Position numbers and translations under genes: made by a program
Shown: positions 28,713 through 37,902 of the stretch, piece after piece
Layout of the letters: every line of letters starts with the position of its first letter
Position numbering within the stretch: position 1 is the stretch's first letter
The notes under the pieces: generated by a model
The model's database searches: none
What the model was told of the DNA's origin: nothing
The model's input: only the letters and a program-made list of their open reading frames with translations
NCBI GenBank assembly: GCA_965223705.1
Contig: OZ245015.1
Coordinates: forward strand, 2,944,001-3,008,000
Source of the DNA: Myxococcota bacterium
GTDB lineage: Bacteria; Myxococcota_A; UBA9160; UBA6930
Length of the DNA stretch: 64,000 bases
Reading direction: 5' to 3'

Positions 28713-29731
28713 GTGGACTTCCTCTTCCCTGTGGTGCCAACGGCTTCGCGAAAGGCTCCGACGAGGTCCTCGAGCATCTGTACACGCGCCACGAGCTCGA
28801 GGGGCGTCGTGACGCGTTGCGACATGTGCGGTTCGGGGTCTGGGGGAAGGCCGCCCATCTGGCGTCGCAACCAATCGACGAAGAGTCTCATCCGCGTCGC
28901 GAGGGGGTCTGCCATCGCCACACGACGCTCTCCGTCGCGGAAGAACATAGAGTAATCAGCCATCTCCACCAGACGCTCCGCCCTTCGGCGATTGAGGGCG
29001 TAGCCCGCTCGCCGCGGCTGCTCCCGCTGGCGGACCAAGTCGACCCGGCAAACGACCCGGAAATCTCCCCGAAGGAAATCGAAGCGAACGGTCACCGCCG
29101 GGTCACCACGCTCCTCGAAAGAGGCAAACGTGGCTTTTTCAACACGATCCTGCTGTCTTGAGCCTGCCGCGGGAACCCAGGATTGGAGCAGACTCAACGG
29201 GTGGGAAAGTGAATCGACAAGCATCGACTCCCCGGCGCTGCTGGGCGAGAGGCGCATGGAGAAGTGCTCGGGCTTCTCGTCGAGCGCCCCGGGGTGTAGC
29301 GCCGAGAAAGCGGGCAGCGTGTCGGGCCACTGGCAGTTCTCGACGAGAAGGAGTCCGCGCTCCTGGAAAGACGCGACGCACCCGCGCGCGGTAACCGCGG
29401 GCGAGTCGCCCCATACCAACGGCTTCTCGCACAACGCGTTGAGCCCCGCTGCCGCAGCCAGCCCGAGAAATCGCGCGTGTGTCTCCGGCGGCGACAGAAT
29501 GGCTACGGCGTCGAGCTGTGACTCGGCCAGAAAGGGTTCGACGGCGTGGAAGCCGCGCGCAGCAACTCCGTGAGCCCGGAGTTCCGCATCGGCGGGCTCC
29601 ACCGAATCGGGCTTGGAACACAGGAACGCGGGAACGACCGCACCGGCGGCGCTGAGTTCGCGTGCGACGAACGGCCCCAGCCCCTGTCGCAACCGGCGGG
29701 GGCCGATCAAACCGATCCGCGGAGCGCTCAC
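28709..29731 (-). CDS. Gfo/Idh/MocA-like NAD(P)-dependent oxidoreductase
   Basis: N-terminal RIGLIG Rossmann-like strand, DAVAILSPPETH, ALCEKP. Confidence 0.72.
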   Translation of the reverse strand: MSAPRIGLIGPRRLRQGLGPFVARELSAAGAVVPAFLCSKPDSVEPADAELRAHGVAARGFHAVEPFLAESQLDAVAILSPPETHARFLGLAAAAGLNALCEKPLVWGDSPAVTARGCVASFQERGLLLVENCQWPDTLPAFSALHPGALDEKPEHFSMRLSPSSAGESMLVDSLSHPLSLLQSWVPAAGSRQQDRVEKATFASFEERGDPAVTVRFDFLRGDFRVVCRVDLVRQREQPRRAGYALNRRRAERLVEMADYSMFFRDGERRVAMADPLATRMRLFVDWLRRQMGGLPPDPEPHMSQRVTTPLELVARVQMLEDLVGAFREAVGTTGKRKST

Positions 29732-29817
29732 AGGCCGATCGACGAGTTCAACGGGTCGAGTCCGAGGGACATCGGCAAACAGGTTAGCGGCGGCGCGACG
29801 GGCGTCGCGCGGTACCC

Positions 29818-31107
29818 CTAGTCAAGCGCTCGCAGGTGAGCCGTCAGCGCTTCGCAGACGTCGCCGGCCGCTTCGAGACACGCGGCGTGACCGGCTGGCA
29901 CTTCGACGAAGCGACCTTTCGGCAACCCGTCGGCGACACGCCGGGCATCGGGGGTCAGCAGGTCTTCCTTCGCGCCCACGACCAGCACCGGGACTTCGAT
30001 CTTTGCGAGATCCGCCGCGCGCGTTCCGGACCACGCGGCGATCCCCGCGGCGTAGCGCCCGAGAACCGCGCCTGTCGTACAGCGCAACATGGCGGCCAGG
30101 CCCCGCTCCGTCCGCTCACGTCGCTCGGTTTCTGCGAGCCACGCCTCCGAAAAGAGCCAGGGCAACAGCGTGCCAGCTGCGGCGTCGCTCGACGCTTCGT
30201 CGACGATTCGGCTCCAAGCGGCGAGGACGGCGCGAAGTCGGTGAGAAGCGGTCACGAAGGGCGTAATCAACGCGAGCGACGCCACCCGGTCTGGCGCGGA
30301 CAAGGCCGCTTCGATGGCCGTGGCTGCCCCGAGACTCGCACCGACGAGATGAACGGGGGTATCCGCCAAGGCGAGCGCGTCCGAGGCAGAAGTCGAGACG
30401 TCGTAGCTCTCCGTTTCCGGAGCGCTCGAGGCTCCGATTCCGCGCGGATGGACGACCCGCACCGTGAACTCCGAGGCGAGCGCGTCGGTCTGCGGAGCAA
30501 ACGAACTCGCGTCGCTCCCAAAGCCGGGCAAGAACAGCACCGGTTGCCCAGATCCCGCGCTGGGGACTTCGAGCTTCACCCCGTCAGCGACCGGAACTCG
30601 TTCGTCGTTTTGCGAGGCCGCCTCGACGTCCTCCTTCGTGATGCGGCCGCCGGGGCCGGTCCCCGTCACGGAGGACAACTCGATGGCCATCTTGCGAGCC
30701 AGCGTTCGCGCGGCGGGCGTGGCCGGCCCGCCGCGACTGCCCGACGCGCGCGTCGGGGCCGGCGTATCGGCGGCGGCCGCGTCCGCGGGTTCCGTCCCGG
30801 CGGAACCGACGGGCTCCGGTCGGTGGTGGTCGGCGTGGAACGCCTCGGGATCGAAGGGGCTGTCCTGGCTCTCGGTCAGCGCGGCGAGGAGCGATCCGCA
30901 GGGCACCGTCTCGTCCGGTTCGACGTAGATGTGGCGCAGCACACCGGAACCGGTCGCTTCGATCTCGACCTCGGCTTTTTCCGACTCGATGACGAGGACG
31001 ATGTCGCCCTTGGCGACGGCGGAACCGAGAGGGACCGGCCAGGCAATCACGCGCCCCTCTTCCATCGACATGCCCAGCTTGGGCATCGCAATCGGTGTGT
31101 CCGGCAT
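29818..31107 (-). CDS. acoC: AcoC-like protein: lipoyl domain + E3-binding domain + alpha/beta-hydrolase
   Basis: MPKLGMSMEEG, IESEKA (lipoyl Lys), ATPAARTLA...GTGPGGRITKEDV, nucleophile elbow GASLG, EDLL, AGH. Confidence 0.82.
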   Translation of the reverse strand: MPDTPIAMPKLGMSMEEGRVIAWPVPLGSAVAKGDIVLVIESEKAEVEIEATGSGVLRHIYVEPDETVPCGSLLAALTESQDSPFDPEAFHADHHRPEPVGSAGTEPADAAAADTPAPTRASGSRGGPATPAARTLARKMAIELSSVTGTGPGGRITKEDVEAASQNDERVPVADGVKLEVPSAGSGQPVLFLPGFGSDASSFAPQTDALASEFTVRVVHPRGIGASSAPETESYDVSTSASDALALADTPVHLVGASLGAATAIEAALSAPDRVASLALITPFVTASHRLRAVLAAWSRIVDEASSDAAAGTLLPWLFSEAWLAETERRERTERGLAAMLRCTTGAVLGRYAAGIAAWSGTRAADLAKIEVPVLVVGAKEDLLTPDARRVADGLPKGRFVEVPAGHAACLEAAGDVCEALTAHLRALD

Positions 31108-32115
31108 CTAGAACAAGCCGCGCGCCGCTTCGAGCACGCGCTCGGTCGACGGCATGTACGCGTCTTCCAAGACGCTGCTGAAAGGAACCGGCGTGTGCGG
31201 CGCCGTGACGCGTTTCACGGGCGCATTCAGATAGTCGAACCCTTGGTCGACGCAGAGCGCAGCGATGTCGCTCGCGATGCCGCAGCGCGGAGTCGCTTCG
31301 TCGATCACCACCACCGCACCGGTCTTCTCGAGGCTCGACAGGATCGCGTCTTCGTCGAGCGGCTGAAGCGACCGCAAGTCGATGACTTCCGCGCTCTTTC
31401 CGTCGGCCGCGAGGTGATCCGCCGCGGACAACGCGGTCTTCACGGTCGCTCCGAAACCGATGAGCGTCAGGTCGCTGCCTTCGCGCACGACGTTCGCACG
31501 ACCGAGCGGAACCTCGTAGTCGCCCTCGGGCACTTCACCGCGTTCGTTCAGGACACCTTTCGCTTCGCAGAAGATCACCGGATCGTCGTCGCGAATCGCG
31601 GCGAGCAGCAGCCCCTTTGCGTCGGCCGCATTGCTGGGGATCACCGTCTTGAGCCCGGGGATGCCGGTCGTGATCCAGTAGAGCGACTGCGAGTGCTGTG
31701 CCGCCGCGCGCATGCCCGCGCCGGAAACCGTGCGGACCGTGAGCGGCACCTTCGCCTTGCCGCCGAACATGTAGCGGAGCTTCGCCGCCTGATTGAGCAG
31801 CGGATCGAGGCAGACGCCGATGAAGTCGCAGAACATGAGCTCCGCTACGGGCCGCATCCCCGTAGTCGCCGCCCCGACCGCGGTCCCGAGCAGTCCCATC
31901 TCGCTGATCGGTGTGTCGAGCACGCGGTCCGGCCCGAAGGTCTTGACGAGCCCTTTGGTCACGCCCAGGACGCCGCCCATTTCGTCTAGATCTCCGCCTT
32001 CGCGGCCCCCGCCTCCGACCACGTCTTCGCCCATCAGGATGACGTCCGGGTCGGTCTCCATCGCAATCCGAAGAGCTTCGTTGATTGCCTGCATCGTCGA
32101 GAGTTTTCGGGACAT
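31108..32115 (-). CDS. acoB: Acetoin/2-oxoacid dehydrogenase E1 beta subunit
   Basis: MGEDV, DTPISE, RPVAELMFCDF, AAQHSQ, IDLRSLQPLD. The start could also be TTG 32121. Confidence 0.9.
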   Translation of the reverse strand: MSRKLSTMQAINEALRIAMETDPDVILMGEDVVGGGGREGGDLDEMGGVLGVTKGLVKTFGPDRVLDTPISEMGLLGTAVGAATTGMRPVAELMFCDFIGVCLDPLLNQAAKLRYMFGGKAKVPLTVRTVSGAGMRAAAQHSQSLYWITTGIPGLKTVIPSNAADAKGLLLAAIRDDDPVIFCEAKGVLNERGEVPEGDYEVPLGRANVVREGSDLTLIGFGATVKTALSAADHLAADGKSAEVIDLRSLQPLDEDAILSSLEKTGAVVVIDEATPRCGIASDIAALCVDQGFDYLNAPVKRVTAPHTPVPFSSVLEDAYMPSTERVLEAARGLF

Positions 32116-32117
32116 GA

Positions 32118-33086
32118 TCAAACGCTCACGTAAACGTCGGTCAGGACGTCACCCGGTTCGGGCTGGGGTGCGGCCTCGGCGGCCGCGACGGCGTCTTCGA
32201 TTTCCTTCTCCACCGCGCCGTCGATCTCTCGGAGCTCATCGCTCGTCAGCCCGAACTCGGAGACGGCGCGATCTTCGAAACGCTCGAGCGGGTCGCGCTT
32301 CTGCTTCCATTCCTCCGTTTCCTCTTTGGTGCGGTACTTCATCGTGTCGCCGACGTAATGGCCGTAGAAACGGTACGTCTTGCACTCGAGAAGCGTCGGG
32401 CCGTGGCCGGCGCGCGCCAGCCGAATGGCTTCGCCCGCTTTCTCGTACACGTCGAAGAAATCCATGCCGTCGGCGATCTCGCTGCGCATGGCATAGGACT
32501 CGGCACGCACCGCGATGTCTTTCACGGGAACCACGAACTCCGTGGGCGTGAACTCGCCGTACCCGTTGTTTTCGAGGACGTACACCACCGGGAGCTTCCA
32601 GTTCGACGCCATGTTGAGCGATTCGTGGAACTGGCCCTGGTTGCTCGCGCCGTCGCCGAAGAAACCCACCGACACGTTGCCGTTCTTCTTGAGCTTGGCT
32701 GTCAGCCCGGCACCGGTGGCGAGCGGAATACCGGACCCGACGATGCCGTTCGCGCCGAGCATGCCTTTGTCGACATCCGCGATGTGCATCGATCCACCCT
32801 TGCCCTTGCACACGCCGGTGCTGCGGCCGAAGAGCTCGGCCATCATGCCGCCGACATCGACGCCCTTGGCGATGCAGTGGCCGTGGCCGCGGTGCGTCGA
32901 GCCGACGAAATCGTCGTCGCTCAAGTGAGCACACACACCGGTCGCGACGGCTTCTTCCCCGGCGTAGAGGTGGAGAAAACCGGCCAGCTTACCGGCCACC
33001 ACGAGATCGTTGAGCTTTTCCTCGAAGACGCGGATGGTCCGCATCTTCCGGTAGACGCTTCGCAGGTCGTCGGGGGTCAGGTCCAA
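32118..33086 (-). CDS. acoA: Acetoin/2-oxoacid dehydrogenase E1 alpha subunit (TPP-dependent)
   Basis: HLYAGEEAVA, STHRGHGH, GKGGSMH, GDGASNQG...NN, TYRFYGH. Confidence 0.92.
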   Translation of the reverse strand: MDLTPDDLRSVYRKMRTIRVFEEKLNDLVVAGKLAGFLHLYAGEEAVATGVCAHLSDDDFVGSTHRGHGHCIAKGVDVGGMMAELFGRSTGVCKGKGGSMHIADVDKGMLGANGIVGSGIPLATGAGLTAKLKKNGNVSVGFFGDGASNQGQFHESLNMASNWKLPVVYVLENNGYGEFTPTEFVVPVKDIAVRAESYAMRSEIADGMDFFDVYEKAGEAIRLARAGHGPTLLECKTYRFYGHYVGDTMKYRTKEETEEWKQKRDPLERFEDRAVSEFGLTSDELREIDGAVEKEIEDAVAAAEAAPQPEPGDVLTDVYVSV

Positions 33087-33159
33087 GGGTCACCTCACTT
33101 TCGGCGACCATTCTGCCACCGTCGGAACCCCGGTGGAAGGGCTGCTAGGGTACGGCTTC

Positions 33160-33945
33160 GTGGCATCGCCTACGCAACACTTCCGTCTGACGGGCGCCCC
33201 GAACTTCCGAGATGCCGGCGGGCAACGGATTTCGAGGGGACGCGTGCGGGAACGCGCGCTCCTGCGCTCAAGCCACTTGGCGAACATCTCGGAGGCGGAG
33301 CGCGAACACATCGCAGGGCTTTCCATCGGCCTGGTCTGCGATCTTCGCCTGGCCGACGAACGAGAAGTACATCCGAACCGGGTGGATCCGGTCACTCACT
33401 CGCGAACCGAGCATTTCGACATCATGCCGGGTAGCGCCGACGGGTTTCGCGAAGAGATCATGGCGGGCGTCCTCGAGCCGGCGAGTTCCCGGAGATTCAT
33501 GTTGGAGATCTACCGAGAGCTCGCGAGGGACTACACAGAGCACTACGCGCGGGCGTTGCGCCTCGCCGTGGAGTCGCCCGAGGGCCCCGTCCTGGTCCAT
33601 TGTGCGGCGGGCAAAGATCGAACGGGCTGGGGCATCGCGATTTTTCAACGGGTGCTCGGCGTCTCACTGGAAGACATCCGTCGAGACTATCTACTCTCTG
33701 CCGACCGTTTTCCGATCGACTTGGAGATTGCAAACAGCCAACGCGAGTGGCGAGAAAAAGGGGCTCCGGAGGTATCGGCGGAAGCCCTCTACCCGTTGTA
33801 CGGGATCGACATCGCGTACCTCGAAGCGGCGTTCGCGGAGGCGACGGCCCTGGCCGGGTCCCTCGAGGGCTACCTACGGGAAGCGCTCGGAGTCACGCCT
33901 GAGCTACACGAGGCACTTGTCGCGCGTTTCGCGGATCGGGACTAG
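33160..33945 (+). CDS. Protein tyrosine/serine phosphatase (MptpB/IphP-like)
   Basis: PNFRDAGG, DLR, HCAAGKDRTG P-loop, DYLLS. GTG 33160 chosen from the -10 spacing; 33133 is the alternative. Confidence 0.88.
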   Translation: MASPTQHFRLTGAPNFRDAGGQRISRGRVRERALLRSSHLANISEAEREHIAGLSIGLVCDLRLADEREVHPNRVDPVTHSRTEHFDIMPGSADGFREEIMAGVLEPASSRRFMLEIYRELARDYTEHYARALRLAVESPEGPVLVHCAAGKDRTGWGIAIFQRVLGVSLEDIRRDYLLSADRFPIDLEIANSQREWREKGAPEVSAEALYPLYGIDIAYLEAAFAEATALAGSLEGYLREALGVTPELHEALVARFADRD

Positions 33946-34388
33946 TCGAGGAAAAACGCCGCGTCAAAGGATACGGCGCCGGGGCCCAGCAACAGAATCA
34001 ATCCGCAGATCACCGCGAGGTTGATGGTGTACTCCGCGCCCGGCGGATCGTTCGTGATCAGATAGCCGGCGCCTCGGTGCCCGAGCCGCGCCGCAATCAC
34101 CATGGTCCCGATCAAGAGGGCACACGCGGGACGGGTAAACAAACCCAGGGTAAGGAGCGTTCCACCGACAATTTCGGACAGCATCGCGATCCGCGCCTGC
34201 ACGTCGGGCATGGGTACGCCGAGCTCGTCGAGCCAGGCGACGAAGCCGTCCATGTCTCCCGTGCCCACGAGACCGAGCTTGCCCAGGCCGTGGACGATGA
34301 AACAGATTCCGATAAACAGCCGAGTCAGCAGGAGTCCGACGTCGAGCGCCCAGCCGGGACGGTCGAGGAGCAAACTGGCGAGATCCAC
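33942..34388 (-). CDS. DoxX family membrane protein
   Basis: RLFIG..FIVHGLGK, EIVGG, LGLFTR, EY, GPGAVSFD. Confidence 0.88.
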   Translation of the reverse strand: MDLASLLLDRPGWALDVGLLLTRLFIGICFIVHGLGKLGLVGTGDMDGFVAWLDELGVPMPDVQARIAMLSEIVGGTLLTLGLFTRPACALLIGTMVIAARLGHRGAGYLITNDPPGAEYTINLAVICGLILLLGPGAVSFDAAFFLD

Positions 34389-34477
34389 GTGGCCTCCTTC
34401 TTCCAGGCCGTCTGCATTTGGCCCGAGGCGCGGCCCAGTATACCCTCAGCCGGCGTTCATCTCGTGGCGGAGCAGAA

Positions 34478-36088
34478 ATGACTTGGAACTTCGGTGACAT
34501 CCTCGAAGGCCTCGAGGCAGGAATCCCGGCCGACGCGCCGGCGTTGGTCCACGGAGACCGGCGCGTATCGTGGGGCGATTTCGCTCGCCACACGAACAAC
34601 CTCGCGCAGGCCCTCGCTTCCCGGGGCGTCGGCGCCGACGACAAGGTCGGCTTCTACATGCGCAACAGCGAGGCCTACCCCGAGGCGCTGGCCGCCGCGT
34701 TCAAAGCGCGCAACGTGCACGTGAACGTCAACTTTCGCTACCGCGACCGCGAGCTCGCCTACATCCTCGACAATTCCGACGCCAAGGCGGTCTTCTACGA
34801 CGAAGAGTTCCAGCCGGAAGTCGAGAAGCTCCGCGACCGGCTGCCGGACGTCGCTCATTGGATCCAGGTGGGCGGAACCGCCCCTGACTTCGCCGAGTCC
34901 TTCGAGGCCTTGCGCGAGAGCGGCGACGGAACGCCGCTCGGAATCGACCGCTCGGGCGAAGATCTCCTCTTCATCTACACGGGTGGAACGACGGGCATGC
35001 CGAAAGGCGTCATGTGGCGCGCCGAGGATCTGTGGTTCGCCCTGGGCGGCGGGGCCAACATCCCCGCGAACCGCGGTGAGATGCCGCCCACCCCGGGCGC
35101 TCACATCGCGAACGTCCTGCGGGCGGGCCCGGGCGGGCGCCAGATTCCCTGCTGCCCGCTGATGCACGGCACGGGGCTCTTCACGGCGGTCAATACGCTG
35201 CTGGCGGGCGGCTGCGTGATCACACTGACCGGCCGTGGGTTCGATGCGGCGGAAGCCTTCGATACCGTCGAGCGCGAGCGCGCCGATTCGATGGTCATCG
35301 TCGGCGACGCGTTCGCGAAGCCCATGCAAAACGCGCTCGACGCCGAGCCCGATCGCTGGGACATCTCGTCGCTCAAAGTGATCGTGTCGTCGGGCGTGAT
35401 GTGGAGCCGCGACGTCAAGCAGGCGCTCCTGAAACACCACGACCGGATGATGCTCGTCGACCTCTTCGGCTCTTCCGAAGCGATCGGTTTTGGCACGTCG
35501 ATCACGACCGCAAAAGGCGAGTCGCGCACCGCGAAGTTCCAGATCGGGGAGCGCTGCAAGGTCTTTACGGAAGACCACCGGGAAGTCGAGCCGGGGAGCG
35601 AGGAGCGCGGTTTCATCGCGCGCTGCGGCCCGATCCCCATGGGCTACTACAAAGACGAAGAGAAATCGGCCAAGACCTTCCCGACGATCAACGGCGTTCG
35701 GTACTCGATCCCCGGCGATTGGTGCACCGTCGCGGCCGACGGCACCCTGACCCTCCTCGGGCGCGGCAGCAATTGCATCAACTCCGCCGGCGAGAAGATC
35801 TACCCCGAAGAAGTCGAAGAGACGCTGAAAACCCACGATGCCGTCGAGGACGCCCTCGTTGTGGGCGTCGCCGACGAGAAGTGGGGGCAAGCTGTCGTCG
35901 CGGTCGTCCAGCTCGCGTCGGGAAACGCTCTCGACGAAGACGCGCTGCGCGACTTCGTACGCGGACAACTCGCGGGCTACAAGACCCCGAAGCGCGTGTT
36001 CGCGGTGGAGAAGATGTTCCGCGCGCCGAACGGCAAGGCCGACTACAAGTCGGCCGCCGCCCACGCGGCGGAAGCCTACGGGGCCTAG
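34478..36088 (+). CDS. Acyl-CoA synthetase (AMP-forming, FadD19-like)
   Basis: YTGGTTGMPKGVMW, PLMHG, GSSE, GYYKD, GRG..CINSAGEKIYPEEVE, PNGKADY. Confidence 0.92.
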   Translation: MTWNFGDILEGLEAGIPADAPALVHGDRRVSWGDFARHTNNLAQALASRGVGADDKVGFYMRNSEAYPEALAAAFKARNVHVNVNFRYRDRELAYILDNSDAKAVFYDEEFQPEVEKLRDRLPDVAHWIQVGGTAPDFAESFEALRESGDGTPLGIDRSGEDLLFIYTGGTTGMPKGVMWRAEDLWFALGGGANIPANRGEMPPTPGAHIANVLRAGPGGRQIPCCPLMHGTGLFTAVNTLLAGGCVITLTGRGFDAAEAFDTVERERADSMVIVGDAFAKPMQNALDAEPDRWDISSLKVIVSSGVMWSRDVKQALLKHHDRMMLVDLFGSSEAIGFGTSITTAKGESRTAKFQIGERCKVFTEDHREVEPGSEERGFIARCGPIPMGYYKDEEKSAKTFPTINGVRYSIPGDWCTVAADGTLTLLGRGSNCINSAGEKIYPEEVEETLKTHDAVEDALVVGVADEKWGQAVVAVVQLASGNALDEDALRDFVRGQLAGYKTPKRVFAVEKMFRAPNGKADYKSAAAHAAEAYGA

Positions 36089-36093
36089 CGGGG

Positions 36094-36510
36094 CTAGTTG
36101 AAGCGGACGACGGCAGTTCCCGGCGTCGTCTTCTTCCCTTCCTCGTTTTCCGTCCAGACGGAAAGCTCAGCCAGCTTTTCGCCGCCCTCTTCCCACTTCT
36201 TGGTCACGAGCCCTTTGCAGATGATCGGTTGATCGGGCATGTCCATGCCGCGGTACTGACACGCGAGCTTGCGCACCTGCCCGTTGTGACCGAGCCAGTT
36301 CGAGACGAGCTCGCCCAGCGCCGCGTACTTGAAGCGACCGTGCACGATGATCGAGCCGATCTCCTTCGCCTGGGGGAACGCGAAATCGTGGTGCAGCGGG
36401 TTGAAGTCACCGCCGCCGGCCGCGTACTTCACCAGCTGCGTGACGCCCGGCTTCTTGTGAAGTTCCGGAAGTTCGCTGCCCTCTTCGATGCCGTCCCATG
36501 TGACTGCCAT
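36094..36510 (-). CDS. MaoC-family (hotdog) dehydratase, catalytic subunit (HadB-like)
   Basis: YAAGGGDFNPLHHD hydratase-2 motif, IVHG. Confidence 0.88.
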   Translation of the reverse strand: MAVTWDGIEEGSELPELHKKPGVTQLVKYAAGGGDFNPLHHDFAFPQAKEIGSIIVHGRFKYAALGELVSNWLGHNGQVRKLACQYRGMDMPDQPIICKGLVTKKWEEGGEKLAELSVWTENEEGKKTTPGTAVVRFN

Positions 36511-36521
36511 ATCGCGCGCCC

Positions 36522-37016
36522 CTAGTAGTGGATGACTTGGCCGCGCTGAACGGCGGCCACGTTGCCGGTGGCTTGGTTCGTATAGGTCGTCTCGGTGGTG
36601 ATGATGAGCATCTTCCCGATCGCCTTGCTCTCGCGAACGTCGAGCGCCGTGATCTTCGTGACGACGCTGAGCGAGTCACCCGCGCACAGCTGCTCGAAGT
36701 ACTCGGTTTCCGTGCCCCCGTCGAGGACGCCCGGGAGACCGTGCTTCACCACGGGTTGGCCTTCGCTCGGGCCCGAGAACGTATCGCTCGAACGGCCGGG
36801 GATGAAAATCGCCGTGCCGAGGTAGGTCGGCGGCGCGGGCAAGCTGCGATAGCCCGCCTTTTTTGCGGCCTCGACGTCGAAATAGACCGGGTCCGTGTAT
36901 CCGACACCCCGCGCGAAACCGCGCACGCTCGTGGTGGTCAATTCGAAGGTCCAGGGCGGCGACTCTTTGCCGATCTGTGCCTTCATCTCTTCGGTGAGTT
37001 CGAACTCTTTCGCCAT
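36522..37016 (-). CDS. MaoC N-terminal/FAS1-like dehydratase subunit (HadA-like)
   Basis: VRGFARGVG..DPVYFD..AA..AGY...APPT, LDGGTETEY. Adjacent to the MaoC partner. Confidence 0.85.
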   Translation of the reverse strand: MAKEFELTEEMKAQIGKESPPWTFELTTTSVRGFARGVGYTDPVYFDVEAAKKAGYRSLPAPPTYLGTAIFIPGRSSDTFSGPSEGQPVVKHGLPGVLDGGTETEYFEQLCAGDSLSVVTKITALDVRESKAIGKMLIITTETTYTNQATGNVAAVQRGQVIHY

Positions 37017-37049
37017 TGGCTCCTCCCTCGACCCGCGTACCTTACCCCG

Positions 37050-37871
37050 CTACCAGCCTTCCATTCCACCCGCGACGTTGAGCGAGATTCCCGAGACGTT
37101 TTCCGCACCAGCCAGGTAGACGACGGCCTGGGCGATGTCTTCGGGAGTCTGCTCTCGACCCAGCGGGATGAACTGGCCGATGGCATTGTCGAACGCGTCC
37201 CGCCCGGCCTTCCCGACGGGCTCGCCCATCAGGTCGGACAGGTGATCGCTCCACATCGCCGTGTCGAGGATGCCCGGACAGACGGCATTCACCCGCACGC
37301 CGGCGGGCCCGAGCTCGGCGGCGAGCGATTGCGTGATCCCCACGACGGCGAACTTCGTCCCGCAGTAGGCGCTGCCGGCGGGGTAGCCCCGCTTTCCCGC
37401 GACCGAGGCGATGTTCACGATGTTGCCGCCGCGCCGGGTGAGCTCCGGGATCGCCGCCTGGCTCATCAGGAAAACACCCTTGACGTTCACGTCGAACAGG
37501 AGATCCCAGCGAGACTCGTCGAAGGTCTCCATCGGTTCGAAGTGCACGACGCCGGCGTTGTTGACCAGCAGATCGAGGCGACCCAGGTTCTCGACCGCCG
37601 CCGTGACCGCGTTCGCAGCAGCGGCTTTTTGCGTGACGTCGCAGGCCACGGCCAGGCTGCGGACGCCGCGCTCGGCCACTTCGGCTGCGACCTTCTCGAG
37701 GGCATTCTTGTCCGAAAGCTCGTAGGACAGACCGCCTCCGCCGCCCTCGAGATCGGTGACGACGACGTCGGCACCCGCGTCCGCGAGTCCCAGCGCAATT
37801 CCGCGACCAATCCCGCGCGCGGCGCCGGTGACCAGTGCGACCTGTCCTGCCAAGGATCGTTCCATGGGCAT
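37050..37871 (-). CDS. Short-chain dehydrogenase/reductase
   Basis: TGAARGIG, NNAG, NIAS, YCGTK, NAVCPG. Confidence 0.92.
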   Translation of the reverse strand: MPMERSLAGQVALVTGAARGIGRGIALGLADAGADVVVTDLEGGGGGLSYELSDKNALEKVAAEVAERGVRSLAVACDVTQKAAAANAVTAAVENLGRLDLLVNNAGVVHFEPMETFDESRWDLLFDVNVKGVFLMSQAAIPELTRRGGNIVNIASVAGKRGYPAGSAYCGTKFAVVGITQSLAAELGPAGVRVNAVCPGILDTAMWSDHLSDLMGEPVGKAGRDAFDNAIGQFIPLGREQTPEDIAQAVVYLAGAENVSGISLNVAGGMEGW

Positions 37872-37902
37872 TCCTCCCCGCTCGTTCGGGAGAGTAGCCC
37901 GT

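Noticed and set aside
29793..29810. GC hairpin downstream of acoC (similar hairpin at 9323-9340 before the amidase RBS)
   Set aside because: These are 7-bp stems with no U-tract and are common by chance at this GC content, so they cannot be called terminators.
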